Numbered from the stretch's first letter, positions 1 through 12,600 are shown. The stretch is 64,000 nt of DNA from Felis catus (GCF_018350175.1 NC_058368.1:207020001-207084000), one strand, 5' to 3'. The notes: generated from the letters alone by a model not told the origin. A program made the numbers and translations.

Positions 1-217
1 ACATACTATTGGTTAACATGTAATTGTACTGTCATTTGGGAGAACATGTAATCAGTACTATCGTTGGGATTATCCATCAAAAAAATTTTTTTGTAATATA
101 AATCACTTTACCTTTCAATTCTACTCCGTAAATACATGACACATAATTTTCCAAAGGTATGTTATAGGTTTTTCCTTGCAATTTTATTTGAAGTATGTTT
201 TAAAAGTGGAATGATTT

Positions 218-441
218 GGGGCGCCTGGGTGGCGCAGTCGGTTAAGCGTCCGACTTCAGCCAGGTCACGATCTCGCGGTCCGGGAGTTCGAGCCCCGCGT
301 CAGGCTCTGGGCTAATGGCTCCGAGCCTGGAGCCTGTTTCCGATTCTGTGTCTCCCTCTCTCTCTGCCCCTCCCCCGTTCATGCTTTGTCTCTCTCTGTC
401 CCAAAAATAAATAAAAAACGTTGAAAAAAAAATTAAAAAAA
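218..441 (+). mobile_element. Young felid CAN-SINE (SINEC_Fc-like)
   Basis: GGGGCGCCTGGGTGGCGCAGTCGGTTAAGCG head, (CT)n tract, AATAAA and A tail; perfect TSD AAAAGTGGAATGATTT (202-217, 442-457); CpGs retained. Confidence 0.97.
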
Positions 442-649
442 AAAAGTGGAATGATTTAAATGCCTATGAGTATGAAACTGGTTTAATAAAATTCATTAAT
501 GTTATACAATTCTCATATTACAGTGTAAAACGAGAAAAAATATATGTTCTGAAATGGGGAGATTCCAAGATATATTGCAATTGAACACAAGAAAAGTAGC
601 GTAATTTTATCACGAGAAATTATGAAAAGACAAAAGTAAATTTTTTTTT

Positions 650-872
650 AATTAAAAAAACTTTTTTTTTACGTTTATTCATTTTTGAGAGACAGAGAGA
701 CAGAGCACAAATGGGGGAGGGGCAGAGAAAGAGGGAAACACAGAATCCAAAGCAGGCTCCAGGCTTCGAGCTATCAACACAGAGCCCGACGTGGGGCTCG
801 AACTGACAAACTGTGAGATCATGACCTGAGTCGAAATTGGATGCTCAACTGACTGAGACACCCGGGCGCCCC
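650..872 (-). mobile_element. CAN-SINE, probably inserted in the A tail of the adjacent SINE
   Basis: Reverse-complement SINE ending GGGCGCCCC at 872; T-rich tail on the left. Confidence 0.93.
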
Positions 873-905
873 TTTAATTTTTTTTTAAAGTTTATTTATT
901 TTTGA

Positions 906-958
<53 letters not shown>

Positions 959-1123
959 TGAGTGGGGGAGAGGTAGAGAGAAGGAGACACAGAATCTAAA
1001 GCAGGCTCTAGGCTCTGACCTGTCAGCACAGAACCCAACGAGAGGCCCGAACCCACGAACTGCAAGATTGTGACCCAAGCCGAAGTTGGATGCTTAACCA
1101 ACTGAGCCACCCAGGTACCCCCC
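873..1123 (-). mobile_element. CAN-SINE with expanded (GA)n
   Basis: Reverse-complement head TTAACCAACTGAGCCACCCAGGTACCCC; (GA)n at ~904-956. Confidence 0.93.
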
Positions 1124-1654
1124 AAAATAAATTCTTAATAATAGCTTCATATACAGACTAAAACACGGGGGTGAGGCTGGGAATATGCAATGAAAGTAGG
1201 GGGCTTATAATTTATGTTTACAATGAGCATATACTTTAAAAATCACCAGGCTTGAAAAAATGTTAAACAGAAAACCCAGAACAAATGTGTATTGTATATT
1301 ACTGTCTTACTTCCCCATTTAACACTGCAGTTTCTCCCAAGCTGACTCCTGTAGCCCATTGGAACTCTCTCGTCTCTTTACCCTTTTCCTCTATATCACT
1401 CATTATCACTTTCTTACACACACATTGCTATAAAATTTGCTTATTTATTCAATTAGCTTCCTGAATCAGATAATTTTATTTCCAGTACCTAAAAATCCCT
1501 GCCATATACAAACATGCTACATATATTTGGTACATAAATGATTCATGTCACTCACTCCACAGCTCTGAGCCATTTCACATTTTATAGCGTTGGCTGTGAC
1601 ATCTTGAATGAGCTGCTTCAGTTTCTATCTCCAAAATCCAATCTGAGATCATTG

Positions 1655-2332
1655 CTTTTATTTTAATTTTTTACAGTGTATCTTTTTTATTTTTTAAGTT
1701 TTACTTTTTTTAAATTTTATTTCTTAAAAATTTACATCCAAATTAGTTAGCATATGGTGCAATGATGATTTCAGGAGTGGATTCCTTAATGCCCCTTACC
1801 CATGAGGCCATCCCCCCTCCCACACCCCCTCCAGTACCCCTCTGTTTATTCTCCATATTTATGAGTCTCTTCTGTTTTGTCCCCCTCCCTGTTTTTATAT
1901 TTTTGTTTCCCCTCCCTTACGTTCATCTGTTTGGTCTCTTAAAGTCCCCATATGAGTGAAGTCATAAGATATTTGTCTTTCTCTGACTGACTAATTTCAC
2001 TTAGCATCATACCCTCCAGTTCCATCCACGTAGTTGCAAATGGCAAGATTTCATTCTTTTTGATTGTCGAGTAATACTCCATTGTATATATACCACATCT
2101 TCTTTATCCATTCATCCATTGATGGACATTTGGGCTCTTTCCATACTTTGGCTATTGTTGATAGTGCTGCTATAAACATTGGGGTGCATGTGTCCCTTTG
2201 AAACAGCACACCTCTATCCTGTGGATAAATGCCTTGTAGTGCAATTGCTGGGTCATAGGGTAGTTCTATTTTTAGTTTTTTGAGGAACCTCCTTACTGTT
2301 TTCCAGAGTGGCTGCACCAGCTTGCATTCCCA
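1655..2332 (-). mobile_element. 5'-truncated carnivore LINE-1: ORF2 C-terminus, 3' UTR and poly(A)
   Basis: ORF 2051-2377(-) contains the L1 ORF2 C-terminal motifs WECKLVQPLWKTV..LKIELPYDPAI..TCTPMFIAAL..KCPSMDEWIKKMWYIY; T-rich tail at 1655-1725. Confidence 0.95.
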
Positions 2333-2423
2333 TGCAATGTCTCTTTCTATGTAAGGTGCCATATCCACAGGTTTCAAGGATTAGGATGGGGCCATCTTTG
2401 GGAGACCATTATTCTGCCTACCA
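2333..2423 (-). mobile_element. MaLR LTR fragment (MLT1D-like 5' end)
   Basis: CACAGGTTTCAAGGATTAGGATGGGGCCATCTTTGGGAGACCATTATTCTGCCTACCA is the reverse complement of an MLT1 LTR start. Confidence 0.7.
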
Positions 2424-2549
2424 CACTCTTGCCGTATCCTGAGTAAACCCTGGCTACATGCCTTTCTTTCCCTCCCCTTTCCCTGTCCTCTCCCATGCCC
2501 ACCCTCTTGGCAGTTCTGCTCCCTGGCAGACTGCATTGAGTCCAGAGAA

Positions 2550-3236
2550 AGACTCCTCGGTCATCACGTCTTCTGTACAGGTCTCAGCCTTCCAGAGCCT
2601 GTTCCCTCTCCTGGGTCTTCAGCTTTTGGTAGCTGCCCTGCTGAGCTCTCTGGGAAATATTTCAGAGGAGCCAGTGGGCAGCTACCCAGATTTCCAGCCT
2701 GAACTGCATGGCACAGGCTCCAGACTCACCCCGGTCAGGTTCACCATGTGAGGGTGCAGCATTCAGTTCTAGGAGTTAACAAGTATATGCAAGCAGTTTT
2801 CTTGGAAGTCGATGTGCATCAATGTCAGGGAACAGCTGCAAATGCAATATATCAGCAACACCAACGTTTCTGTGTTTTCAAAACAAAAGGAGAATTGACC
2901 AATATCAAGGATGTGATGCTGGGGGATTAGAAGAAAAAAATATCAAGCAGTACTTAGAAAAACAGGACACAGATCTTTCAAAAGGCTATATAGATTTAAT
3001 GCCTTCTAATATGCTGCACATGCCTTAATGAAAGCAAAGAGTATGAGTTGGACAACTGTTTCTGAAAAGGCATGACCTTCTTGGAATCTGATTGTGAAGA
3101 ACAGCTACTTATTACTGTAGCATTTAAGCAACTTGTTAAACTCTATTCAATGAAATTGCAAGGGGCATGTAATGGTCAGGGCCCTAAATATGCAAAAAAA
3201 AATTTTTAATTTTTAAAGTTTATTCATTTATTATTT

Positions 3237-3274
<38 letters not shown>

Positions 3275-3925
3275 ACAATTGGGGGAGAGGGAGAGAATGA
3301 GAGGGAGACACAGAATCCGAAGCAGGCTCCAGGCTCTGAGCTGTCAGCACAGAGCCCGATGCGGGGCTTGAACTCACAAACTGCTAGGTCACGACCTAAG
3401 CCGAAGATGGAAGCTTAACCAACTGAGCCACTCTGGTGCCCCAATATGTAAAAATTTTTATCAATCTACTTCAATCTATGGATTTTGAAGAAGCAGAAAG
3501 AAGTGATCAACTCAAGCTCTGGAACTAACAGAGGATAATATTAAAGATGATAGCATTGTCCTACTGCATTATTATTAATCTTCACAATGTAGCTGTAGTT
3601 GTTCAGTGCAATCAAGGTAAAGAAACAGTCATTCCATATCTTACATTTATTGGTACTGGAATCCAGGCAACAAATATGAATGACTTTAAGCCAGTAGTTG
3701 GAAAAAAATAAGCCACAAAAGACACCCGAAGACCATATTGCTATCAGGTCTATAGCTCCTGGATAATTTCTTGATTGTCCTCAGAGACTGTCGATATTCC
3801 ATTCATTGCAATTACCAACAAATCATTGTTTTTTTTTCAGATGGTATCACTAGTGTTTTTATTGTAAGCTTGATAAATGCAATGGTAAATAAAAGCCACT
3901 ACTTTTTCTAACCTTAAAAAAAAAA
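2550..3925 (+). pseudogene. TXNL1: Processed pseudogene of thioredoxin-like 1 (TXNL1)
   Basis: Intronless and frameshifted, with colinear peptides PVGSYPDFQPEL..GSRL..FTM, NKY.QAVFLEVDVHQCQGTAA, NISATPTF..RIDQYQG.DA.GLEEK, KGYIDLMP, FLESDCEEQLLITVAF, NGQGPKY, SMDFEEAERS, QATNMNDFK.VVGKK (CDS ~2656-3719). AATAAA at 3888 and A10 at 3916-3925. The 5' boundary is approximate. Confidence 0.95.
3200..3442 (-). mobile_element. CAN-SINE inserted in the TXNL1 retrocopy
   Basis: Reverse-complement SINE; TSD AATATG(C/T)AAAAA at 3187-3198 and 3443-3454 splits the GPKY|VKIFINL codons. Confidence 0.95.
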
Positions 3926-5890
3926 GCAATAGCTAACCTCCCAAGTTTAAGATTGATTGGCTAATTTGCATTGTTTCCCAACACCCCTCTTTTTAGGAAA
4001 GAGTTTTCAAAATCGGAGAGATGGTGAGACCCTTAGCAGAACTGATGAAACCATCCAGTTTCTGGATGGTCAATAGAAAACTTTTATTGGAGAACAATTT
4101 TGCAGTATTTTTTTTTGGAAGATTTCTCTGAAATTCCAGTTTAGGTGACTGATAACAAAGAAGTAGGCAGTGATGAGTGGTGGTAACAGTTTCTTCTAAG
4201 CAGCTGGAAATGGGTTGATGTTCTGTGTGAAATGAGGGCACAAGAATACATAGCTATGGTATCTTCCAGCAGTGGCTGGACCCACACATTCTGGGACATC
4301 GTGTCCACACTGATAGCCATGAGTACTGCCCCTTCATACATTTGAGGGACAATGGAAAATGCATGAAAATCCCATGTGAAAGGGTATTTCTGAACTATGG
4401 ATTCATACATTCTAAGAGACTCTTCCCAGTTTTCCACTGAATATTCTGAGCAGAAAGGTGGAATTTGTAGGAGATAGAATGTAATCAAAAGAGTAAGGAA
4501 TCAGACGAATGTTCTTAATCAGAAACAGGATGCCCAAAAGAGCATCTACTCAGATCTCCTTCCAGGGGGTCCTATGATGTATGAAGTGAGCCCAAGGATT
4601 TCTATGGGGATACATCCTGGGGGAGCAGAAGCACTTCTTTGGGGAAGGACATGATTCTACAAGCTTGAGAGTACCCTACATTTCTCAGCTCAGTTTCAGT
4701 TTTATTTTTTTCTAAAATGTCTAGCCCCCTCCCCTCACTCCATATGAGATTTCAGGAATGACTCTAAATTGCACATCTGGGAAATTTGACTCAAATCAGT
4801 TATCTAAATGTGGGACTGATAAAGAACTATCTAAGTAGCACTGATAACTCATGACAAGGATTGTATTGCCTTCCCACCCATCCCCCAATCTGAGGTAACT
4901 TTTTAATTGTCAAGTGTGGTGATGAGCTATTTCACAAGAACATTAAAGATTTCGCATGTAGTTCCCAATCCTAAATTTATGCACGCTGAGAGCAGAGATC
5001 GTTCTCTTTCATCCAAGAAACAAATTTCACAATAAACAATTTATTACTTTTTAAAGCATGGTGTAAGAAATAAGATAGAGCATAAAGTCGATATTTCTCA
5101 GCAGTTTACTTCACAGGACCTGGCTTATTTTGAGAGAAAAAACTCTGTTTTCTTTTGTTTTTTGGGCCCTCCTTTTCCCCAAATCTTTCATATCTGGGAA
5201 TGGGGAGGTTTAGATCAGTGAAGGTAAGAGGGACGGGGGGTGGGGGGCAGAGTTGTAAGTGCTAACATAAGGAATGGATTCAATAGGCAATGAATATTAC
5301 ACAAGAAATGCTTACCTCCATTCACTCTCGTTTTCAAATTTACCATTTATCAATTGAAATAGATTTCTGTTCAACATTTTCCAAGACCGTGTAAAGTAAG
5401 ACCAATGATGTTGGCTACCATTCACCTACCATGTGGCAAGCATTTTTCTTGCATTATTTTTGATACTCTCAACAATCCAACTAGATAGTTGATACACTCA
5501 TCATTTTATTATAAAGAAATTGAGAATCACAGTACATTTGTAGCAAATAACAAAGTTGGAATTTCAATCCAGGTTTGTCATCGTTCTGTAAGGATTTCTT
5601 GTCTCTTTCAAGGGATATCACTGAAAATACTTTCCCCCAGAGAGGTGCAGTCATCAATGAATTATCCGGTGCTGTGACTGAGTTACATAGTTGATGCTCT
5701 GAGCCCACATTTGTTTTTCTTCTGGACGCATCCCTTTGGTCTCTAACACTGGACTCCTTTCTCATACCATTTATCAGACTTCTTTAAACTATGCTGTTCT
5801 TCCAGGAAAAAACAGAACAATTAGAACTTATTCATCCAAAGTCATGAGTTTTCATAGATATACTTTTGCTGATAGAACAGAAGACAAAAT

Positions 5891-6085
5891 GGGCACCTGG
5901 GTGGCTCAGTAAGTTAAGTGTCTGACTTCAGCTCAGGTCGTGGTCCGTGGGTTGGAGCCCTGCATTGGGCTCTGTGCTGACAGCTCAGTCTGGAGCCTGC
6001 TTCAGATTCTGTGTCTCCCTCTCTCTCTGCTTCTCTCCCACTCATACTCTGTTTCTCGAAAATGAATAAATGTTAAAAAAAAAAA
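5891..6085 (+). mobile_element. CAN-SINE
   Basis: GGGCACCTGGGTGGCTCAG head, CT tract, A tail; TSD ~AACAGAAGA. Confidence 0.92.
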
Positions 6086-6189
6086 CAGAAGAGAAAAACA
6101 TTCAGTTATTATTTTGCAATATTACTATCACCACATTTTTCTATTCATGGGAGTTTTTGAATATAATGTATACAAGTGACTATGCTGGG

Positions 6190-6242
6190 AATTGCAAATG
6201 TGTACAATTGCAAATGTGTACAATTGCGAATGTGTACAATTT
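6190..6242. repeat. Tandem repeat, 16-bp unit AATTGCAAATGTGTAC x3
   Basis: Read directly; one mismatch in the third copy. Confidence 0.9.
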
Positions 6243-6592
6243 CAACTTGTAGATGCATAGCAGAATACAATAAATTTGTCATAGCATTCTCATTATTCTT
6301 AACCCATTGATTAGAAAGAATTATCCCTGGAATTAAATGTTCTTGCCATGTCTGATGTATGCAGTGGTCTTCTTACTAAAGTTCATTTATTTGCTAACAT
6401 ACTGGCTGGCTACACATTTGAGGAATGCAAAGGTAATTTCCATACCTAGAAGACATCAAGGAATGATCAAGGTTGAGAGGTTTCCAAACTGTGGTCATCA
6501 ATAATCTCTTGGGAGCCTGAGAAGACAGTGAAGCAACCAGGCCTCACACCTGCAGTTCAGCTCAGACAAAGCAACTCTGCATCTATATAAAA

Positions 6593-6595
<3 letters not shown>

Positions 6596-6623
<28 letters not shown>
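6596..6623. repeat. (TA)n microsatellite
   Basis: Read directly. Confidence 0.95.
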
Positions 6624-6628
<5 letters not shown>

Positions 6629-6719
6629 TTAAAAAGATATATATTGTATGTTATCATACACATTTTATATATTTATCGAAATCCATGTAGGTTTTCTGGG
6701 GTATTAAAATGGTTTTACT

Positions 6720-6920
6720 GGGTTATCTGGGTGGCTTAGTTGGTTAAGATCTGACTCTTGGTTTTGGCTCAGGACATGATCTCAGAGTTCATGAGTTTGA
6801 CCCCTATGTGGGGCTCTGTGCTGACAGTGTGGAGCCTGCCTGGGATTCTCCCTCTCTTCCTCTCTCCCTGCCCCTTACCCCCTCTCTCTCTCAAAATAAA
6901 TAAAAATAAAAACTTTAAAA
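6720..6920 (+). mobile_element. CAN-SINE (older)
   Basis: Degenerate head, CT tract, A tail; TSD AAAATGGTTTTA. Confidence 0.9.
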
Positions 6921-7142
6921 AAATGGTTTTATTGCTAGAAACATTCTTAAAATTGGTTATTTTGTCAGTCCCACTGAAAATATAGATGATCACTCTGATG
7001 TCCCAGGCATACAGCTACTAAGCCTAAACCAGAACACCCATTTTTTTTATCCTGCTCTTTCCTAGATTAGCTGGTATTCATACATTATATATATATAAAC
7101 CTCTTCTAGGAAAAATATATCTAATTAGAAATCTCTGAAAGG

Positions 7143-7143
<1 letters not shown>

Positions 7144-7176
<33 letters not shown>
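7144..7176. repeat. (GT)n microsatellite
   Basis: Read directly. Confidence 0.95.
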
Positions 7177-7178
<2 letters not shown>

Positions 7179-7194
7179 TTTTAATAGTAACTTT

Positions 7195-7420
7195 GGGGGT
7201 GCCTGGGTGACTCAGTCGGTTGGGCATTTGACTTTTGATTTCAGCTTAGGTCATGATCTCACAGTTTGTGACATCAAGCCCCACATCAGGCTCTGTGCTG
7301 AAAACATGGAGCCTGCTTGGGATTCTCTCTCTCCCTGTCTCTCTGCCCCTCCCCATTCATGCTTTCTCTTTCTCTGTCTCTCAAAATAAATAAATAAATA
7401 AGCATAAAAAATAAGTAAAA
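7195..7420 (+). mobile_element. CAN-SINE
   Basis: GGGGTGCCTGGGTGACTCAG head; (AAAT)n tail. Confidence 0.92.
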
Positions 7421-8047
7421 AACAGGTTAGTCTTGCTGACTTGTCCTTTTATGCAGTTCAGATGTGGTAAGATAGAGTTTTCCCAACCTCAAACTAGAAG
7501 CTTAACATTTGTCAAGTATGCTTTTGCCCGTGAGTTGTAATAATTTTTACTTCCTTCAGGATGACATCTAGAAAAATCAATGATGTGCTCAAAGGGAAAT
7601 CTGTGTACATGTTTTCTTTTATTTTTTAGAACATGTAGCCTCTTCAAGTAAGTTTGCATATTCTTTCAAGTAAGCAAAGTGTTGAGATGAAATATTTGTT
7701 TGACTGAGGGAGTTTAAATAGGTGGCTCTGTTTTTAGAATGCTGTCCAGATATTACATTGATGTGTACTTTAAACAGCATTTATCCTGTGGAAGCACCCG
7801 GGGCCTCCTGCTTACAACTAGAGCCTTCTGATGCCTGCTATTTCTTGCCAAAATATTATTGCCTATTCTTAGGCTTCAAACCAATTTTTGTGTTTCTCCC
7901 CAGAGATTCAAGGACAGAACAGGGGATGGAATAGAGAAAAGAAAATTCATACTTGGTTTTAATATTTTCTCCATTCTTTCCCCTGGTTTCTTTCTATTAA
8001 CATTGATAAACACATTGGGATATCAAAATGGGAAACCGCAGCAAATT

Positions 8048-8082
8048 AACAACAACAACAACAACAACAATAATAATAATAA
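8048..8082. repeat. (AAC)n(AAT)n microsatellite
   Basis: Read directly; explains the poly-N in ORF 7859-8212. Confidence 0.9.
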
Positions 8083-9070
8083 AACCTGGTCAGAATTTGG
8101 GTTTGAATATCAATTTCACTGTTTATCAACTCTGTGGTTTAGGACAGATTACTACCTCCCTTTAAACCTTTTTCTACCCTCTTATAAAATAGGGATTGTA
8201 ATACATATATGATATGGGTATTAAAATTCTATGTCTAATACATAATGGGTATTCAGAAAACTTTTAGCCAAATATGAATGTGATATTATAACTAACAAAA
8301 AATCCATTAATTCCAAAATATCCTTTTTTTGCCATTATGGGTAGAACTAGAATAAGGAATCTTTTTTTTTTTTTGTATTACATGAAAATTACAATATGCA
8401 TTAAGTTATAATTATCTACGGAATGAAGAAATAAACATGCAGAAGCAAACATACATTTTATAGGATAGCAAATTTACCCCATAAGATACCCCTGAAAAAA
8501 TGGGCACTAGGACATGTAACTTTTGGCAGACAAGTGAAAGGTCAAGAACAATGTGACTTGGAACTGACAATATCTCAGTAGCCAGAGCCATACCTTCGTA
8601 ACTAAATCTAAGAGCATTAGTAATTTGGACAGAGCTGACCAAAATGATTGACAGGGTCACTGAAAGGTAAAATTAACAAAAGCTTCAAGATAAATTATAT
8701 TAGCTGGTTGATTCTTCCCAGGTTCTACCTATGTATTGACATTTTGGAAAACCATGTAGTAGAGAAACAGAGCAGAAAGGGAACAGTGCTTACTGAATTA
8801 TGTGGTCCAAAAATTGTGTTAAGTATGTTTTGCATGTAAAAATAAAATCATTCTGGAAATCATCTTCTGATTGGTAACAGAAAACAAAACAAAACAAAAC
8901 AAACTCCCCCACTCCTCTCCAATAGCAGAAGGATGCTATTAAAAATGGAAGCTGTTTCATTATATATGTATTTAAAATGCTAAGTAGCCTAAATTTATTT
9001 CTTTTCATCTCATATCCATGGATATAGAAATAAATGCAAGATCTTAGTGAATTAGAATCATATGTGAAGT

Positions 9071-9505
9071 GGTATTACTTGCTAAGGTTGCTATAACTAA
9101 ACCTTGCTAAGGTTGCTAAAGCCACAGAATGGGTGGCTTTAACAACAGAAATTTATTTTCTCACAGTTCTGAAAGCTAGAAGTTCAAGATTAGGGTATCA
9201 GAGGGTTGGCTTCTTCTGAGGGTCATGAAAGGAGGATCTGTTCTAGGCCTCTTTATGTCCTTGTAGATGGATGTTTTCACATCGTCTTCCCTCTGTATGT
9301 GTCTATGTTCAAATCTCCTATGTCCAAATCTCATAAGAACACCAGTCATATTGGATTAGAGCCCACTCTAGTGATCTCATTTTAACTTATTTACCTCTGC
9401 AAAGATCTTATTTCCAAACCATAATCACATTCTGAGGTATTGGGGCTCAGTTAGGACCTTAATATATGAATTCTGGAGATGAGGGGCCAAATTCAGCCCA
9501 TAACA
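9071..9505 (-). mobile_element. MaLR solo LTR (MLT1A/B/C-like)
   Basis: GGTGGCTTTAACAACAGAAATTTATTTTCTCACAGTTCTG...CAGTCATATTGGATTAG...TTCAGCCCATAACA terminus. Confidence 0.88.
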
Positions 9506-9520
9506 ACTACATTCCTCATT

Positions 9521-9620
9521 TCTCTTCTTCACAGAAAATTGAAATCTTCTTCACAGAAAATTCACAGAAATCTTCTTCACAGAAAATTCTCTTCTTCACA
9601 GAAAATTCTTCACAGGAATT
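9521..9620. repeat. Imperfect tandem repeat of TCTTCTTCACAGAAAAT
   Basis: About 6 copies of the TTCACAG(A/G)AA core. Confidence 0.88.
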
Positions 9621-12600
9621 GACTTGGTTGTAAGAGATGTTCCATAAATCCTCAATAATAATAATTCAAGAACTCTCTCCATCAAATACACAAAATAAAA
9701 CTTTGTTTACCTAAAGATGCCATAAAGAAGTAGTTTTGTAAGTTAAGTCAAAACAGAAACCATTCACGTTAGAATACTTTGGGCATGTGAACCAGAACAG
9801 ACCACAAAAGCTAATTTAGGTTTGAGGACTGGGTGGAATGATCACTCAGATACAGGGTCATTTCCTCTTTGGTTTACAACCAAACCAAAAACATATAATC
9901 AAAGATATATACCAGATCAAAGCTACAAATGAGTGGCCATGCTCTCTGTCATCTCCCCTTATTCCTGCCAAAAACCTGCCCAAAGTTTGGTGGGCTCATC
10001 AGGTAGATTGAAAATCTGTCAGTTCAGAGGATTCCCAGCTGTAGTTTACGTACACTGCAGATGTCAACTTCAAGATGCACTTGAACCGAAGATGGTGGGG
10101 ATGGATGTGGATGATGGAGGTGTGTAACTTCATTATTCAAGCATCCACCCTATTTCCAATAAGGAAATTCTTGCTAAGCCGTAGTTAAGTACCTGTAAGT
10201 TCTATTTCTTACTGTGTCATTGGGTCTCTTGAGGTTTCAGGGAATAGGTGTGCTCTATAGCAGTTTTCCAATGAAGCATAAATTTAAGTATGCATGAAAA
10301 GCACTTTGTAAAATGTAAAGTACTACATCAGTTCTCTAATCTGAATGTTGTAAATAAATAAATCAGCTATTATTTGTATTTACATTTATATTTATGTATG
10401 TGCACACACACATACATACATTGGGTATGACTATGTTAACAGGTACTTGCTAAGGATTAAAGATTGAAGAAGTCAAAAAAGTAATGTTATCCCTTTCGCA
10501 AGGAATGTATAGTATAGCAATTTTGACATAGTTTGCATAATGTTAGTCTTATCAAGACTACATACTTACTACCAAAAACAGTTGCAAAAAAGACTCAGTA
10601 AGCCTCCAGAATTTGGCCATATTTTAGGCAATAATTCCAGGATGCTAAATAAAAACATATTTAGTGGTATTCTGTACTTATTTCTTCTTTATATTTGGAG
10701 TACACACTCTCCCCAAGGTCAAAGAGAGAGAAGGTTTTCTTTGCCATTTTCTGCATTCTTTTCCATTGCTGTAGATTCTGACATTTTCCAGTCTCTTTTT
10801 CATAGAAATAGGCAATTTATAGGACAAGCCCTTTGAGAAGAATATAAATGTCCCTAGGTCTTGTCCTAAGCAGTGCCAACTAGAGAATGCCAGAGTAGGG
10901 ACCTTGTGTCAGGCTGTACCTGGCATGCAAGAGTGGGGAATATTCAAATTCTCCATCCCTGCATACAGTCACATAAGTCCAGGTATATGCATAAACTTGC
11001 TACTCATGGATCAGAAAACTGGGGCTATTACTGTTATGGTTACAATTTTAAAGGGTTAGACAAATTTATCACCGTCTCTCAGAAAACTACAACAAAAGAT
11101 TAAGGATGAATAATTTCATTAAGTATTTTAATCCAATCTCCAACCTATCTAACACTTAGAGAACATCTCCTCCATGCTTTTGGCTAAGTGTTTTCACTGA
11201 GATATGATGAATTTTCTTTCTGTGCATCTTCTGTCAGAACAAAATAGTTATAGCTGCAAATAATGTGCACCAATGTCATTAACCTTCCTGCCTTGCCAGC
11301 TAATTAAAGCTAAAGAACAAAGTCATAATTCTTCAGACACTGAAGGATGGGCTTTAAGTAGAATTGTGTGGGCTGTGAATTATCTCCAGCAGTAAATTAT
11401 TGTGCAAATAGCCCATTAAGGTCCACTAAAATTGGAAAGGTTAGTACAATTCTCATCCGAGTCTTGAGTGTTTAGTGATAGCCCACTGCCCTGTGGTAGC
11501 CTGAAGTGTACATCATGTGCCTCATGAGAAAAGGAAAGCTCTTGTGGTTTTTCTCTTTCCCATTGCACTCTGGGGTGATCTGAGCATCAGTTAAAAATTC
11601 TTGTCAAAAATAAGTTTTGAGAGTTCAAGAGTTCATCATCTCTAAAGACCCAACAAAGAATAAGAGTTTTACTGCTCTTATTTGGGCATGTATTAGAGCT
11701 GTAGAGATTCTGTTATGTCTCTTGAGTCTTATGACTTCTGATAAGCACTGTCTGTAAAAAGAATAAATTTAGCCTACTCTATTCTAATATGCTACATTTG
11801 AATTAACACCTCTCTTCTCACATGGACCTCTATTAGAAGGAAGATATTATTTTGTCCCTGATAATCTAGATTACATTCAAATGGGTAAACAAGTGGTTAC
11901 ATTTGTTGTGTGATAAGTAGGTAAGAGAAGGAACTGGTTCAGTGTGAATAATAGTGTTCATGCAACACAGTTTTCCTCAAAGTTTCCAAATATTGATTTA
12001 TCACCAAGAATTTCCCAGAAAAATACCTACAGTTTCAGGCCCTTGTTCAGCTACTCAGCCACCCATCCTATCCCGCACCCCTTCCCATTTCCCTGTAGTG
12101 CCTACCTTGTCAGGACTGGTCCTTTCTGTGGACAACACCTCACTCACTTTGACCACCTTAAGAGCTTCCTAGCTGAGTCACAGCTGCGCCAATTTCAAGT
12201 TCCCCTTGCCACTCATGTCCCTATGGTTTCTATTTGGATTTTTTTTCATTGTTTCTCCCTATTCTCTTGAGTATTCCTGAATTTTGAGTGTTTGCTTAAT
12301 CTAAGGACCCTCTAGATTCCTAATTTTTGTCCTGTGAGTCTAGTTTCTTGGCCTATCTCCAGAGTCAATTGTCACATGCTGTTCTGACAAGTTAGCTATT
12401 TGAACTTGTACAAGTCTCTTACCCTCTTTGGTCTCCAATTTCTCACTAAAAAATAAGAAGCTCAGTGGTACTTGGAGCCCTTTCATTTTAATGTGTCAGT
12501 GGAGTTGAATTGCTAACACTTCACATAGAAATTCACCAGTTTGGGCCATGGTTATAGTGACTTTCAAATAAGTGAATATCGTGAATAACTGGGATTTAAA

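Noticed and set aside
218..300. tRNA-like A/B boxes
   Set aside because: Head of a tRNA-derived SINE, not a tRNA gene; the same applies to all other copies
2051..2377. Functional CDS
   Set aside because: C-terminal fragment of L1 ORF2 in a 5'-truncated element
3993..4488. Minus-strand ORFs of 82 and 115 aa next to the TXNL1 retrocopy
   Set aside because: No recognisable homology or splice structure
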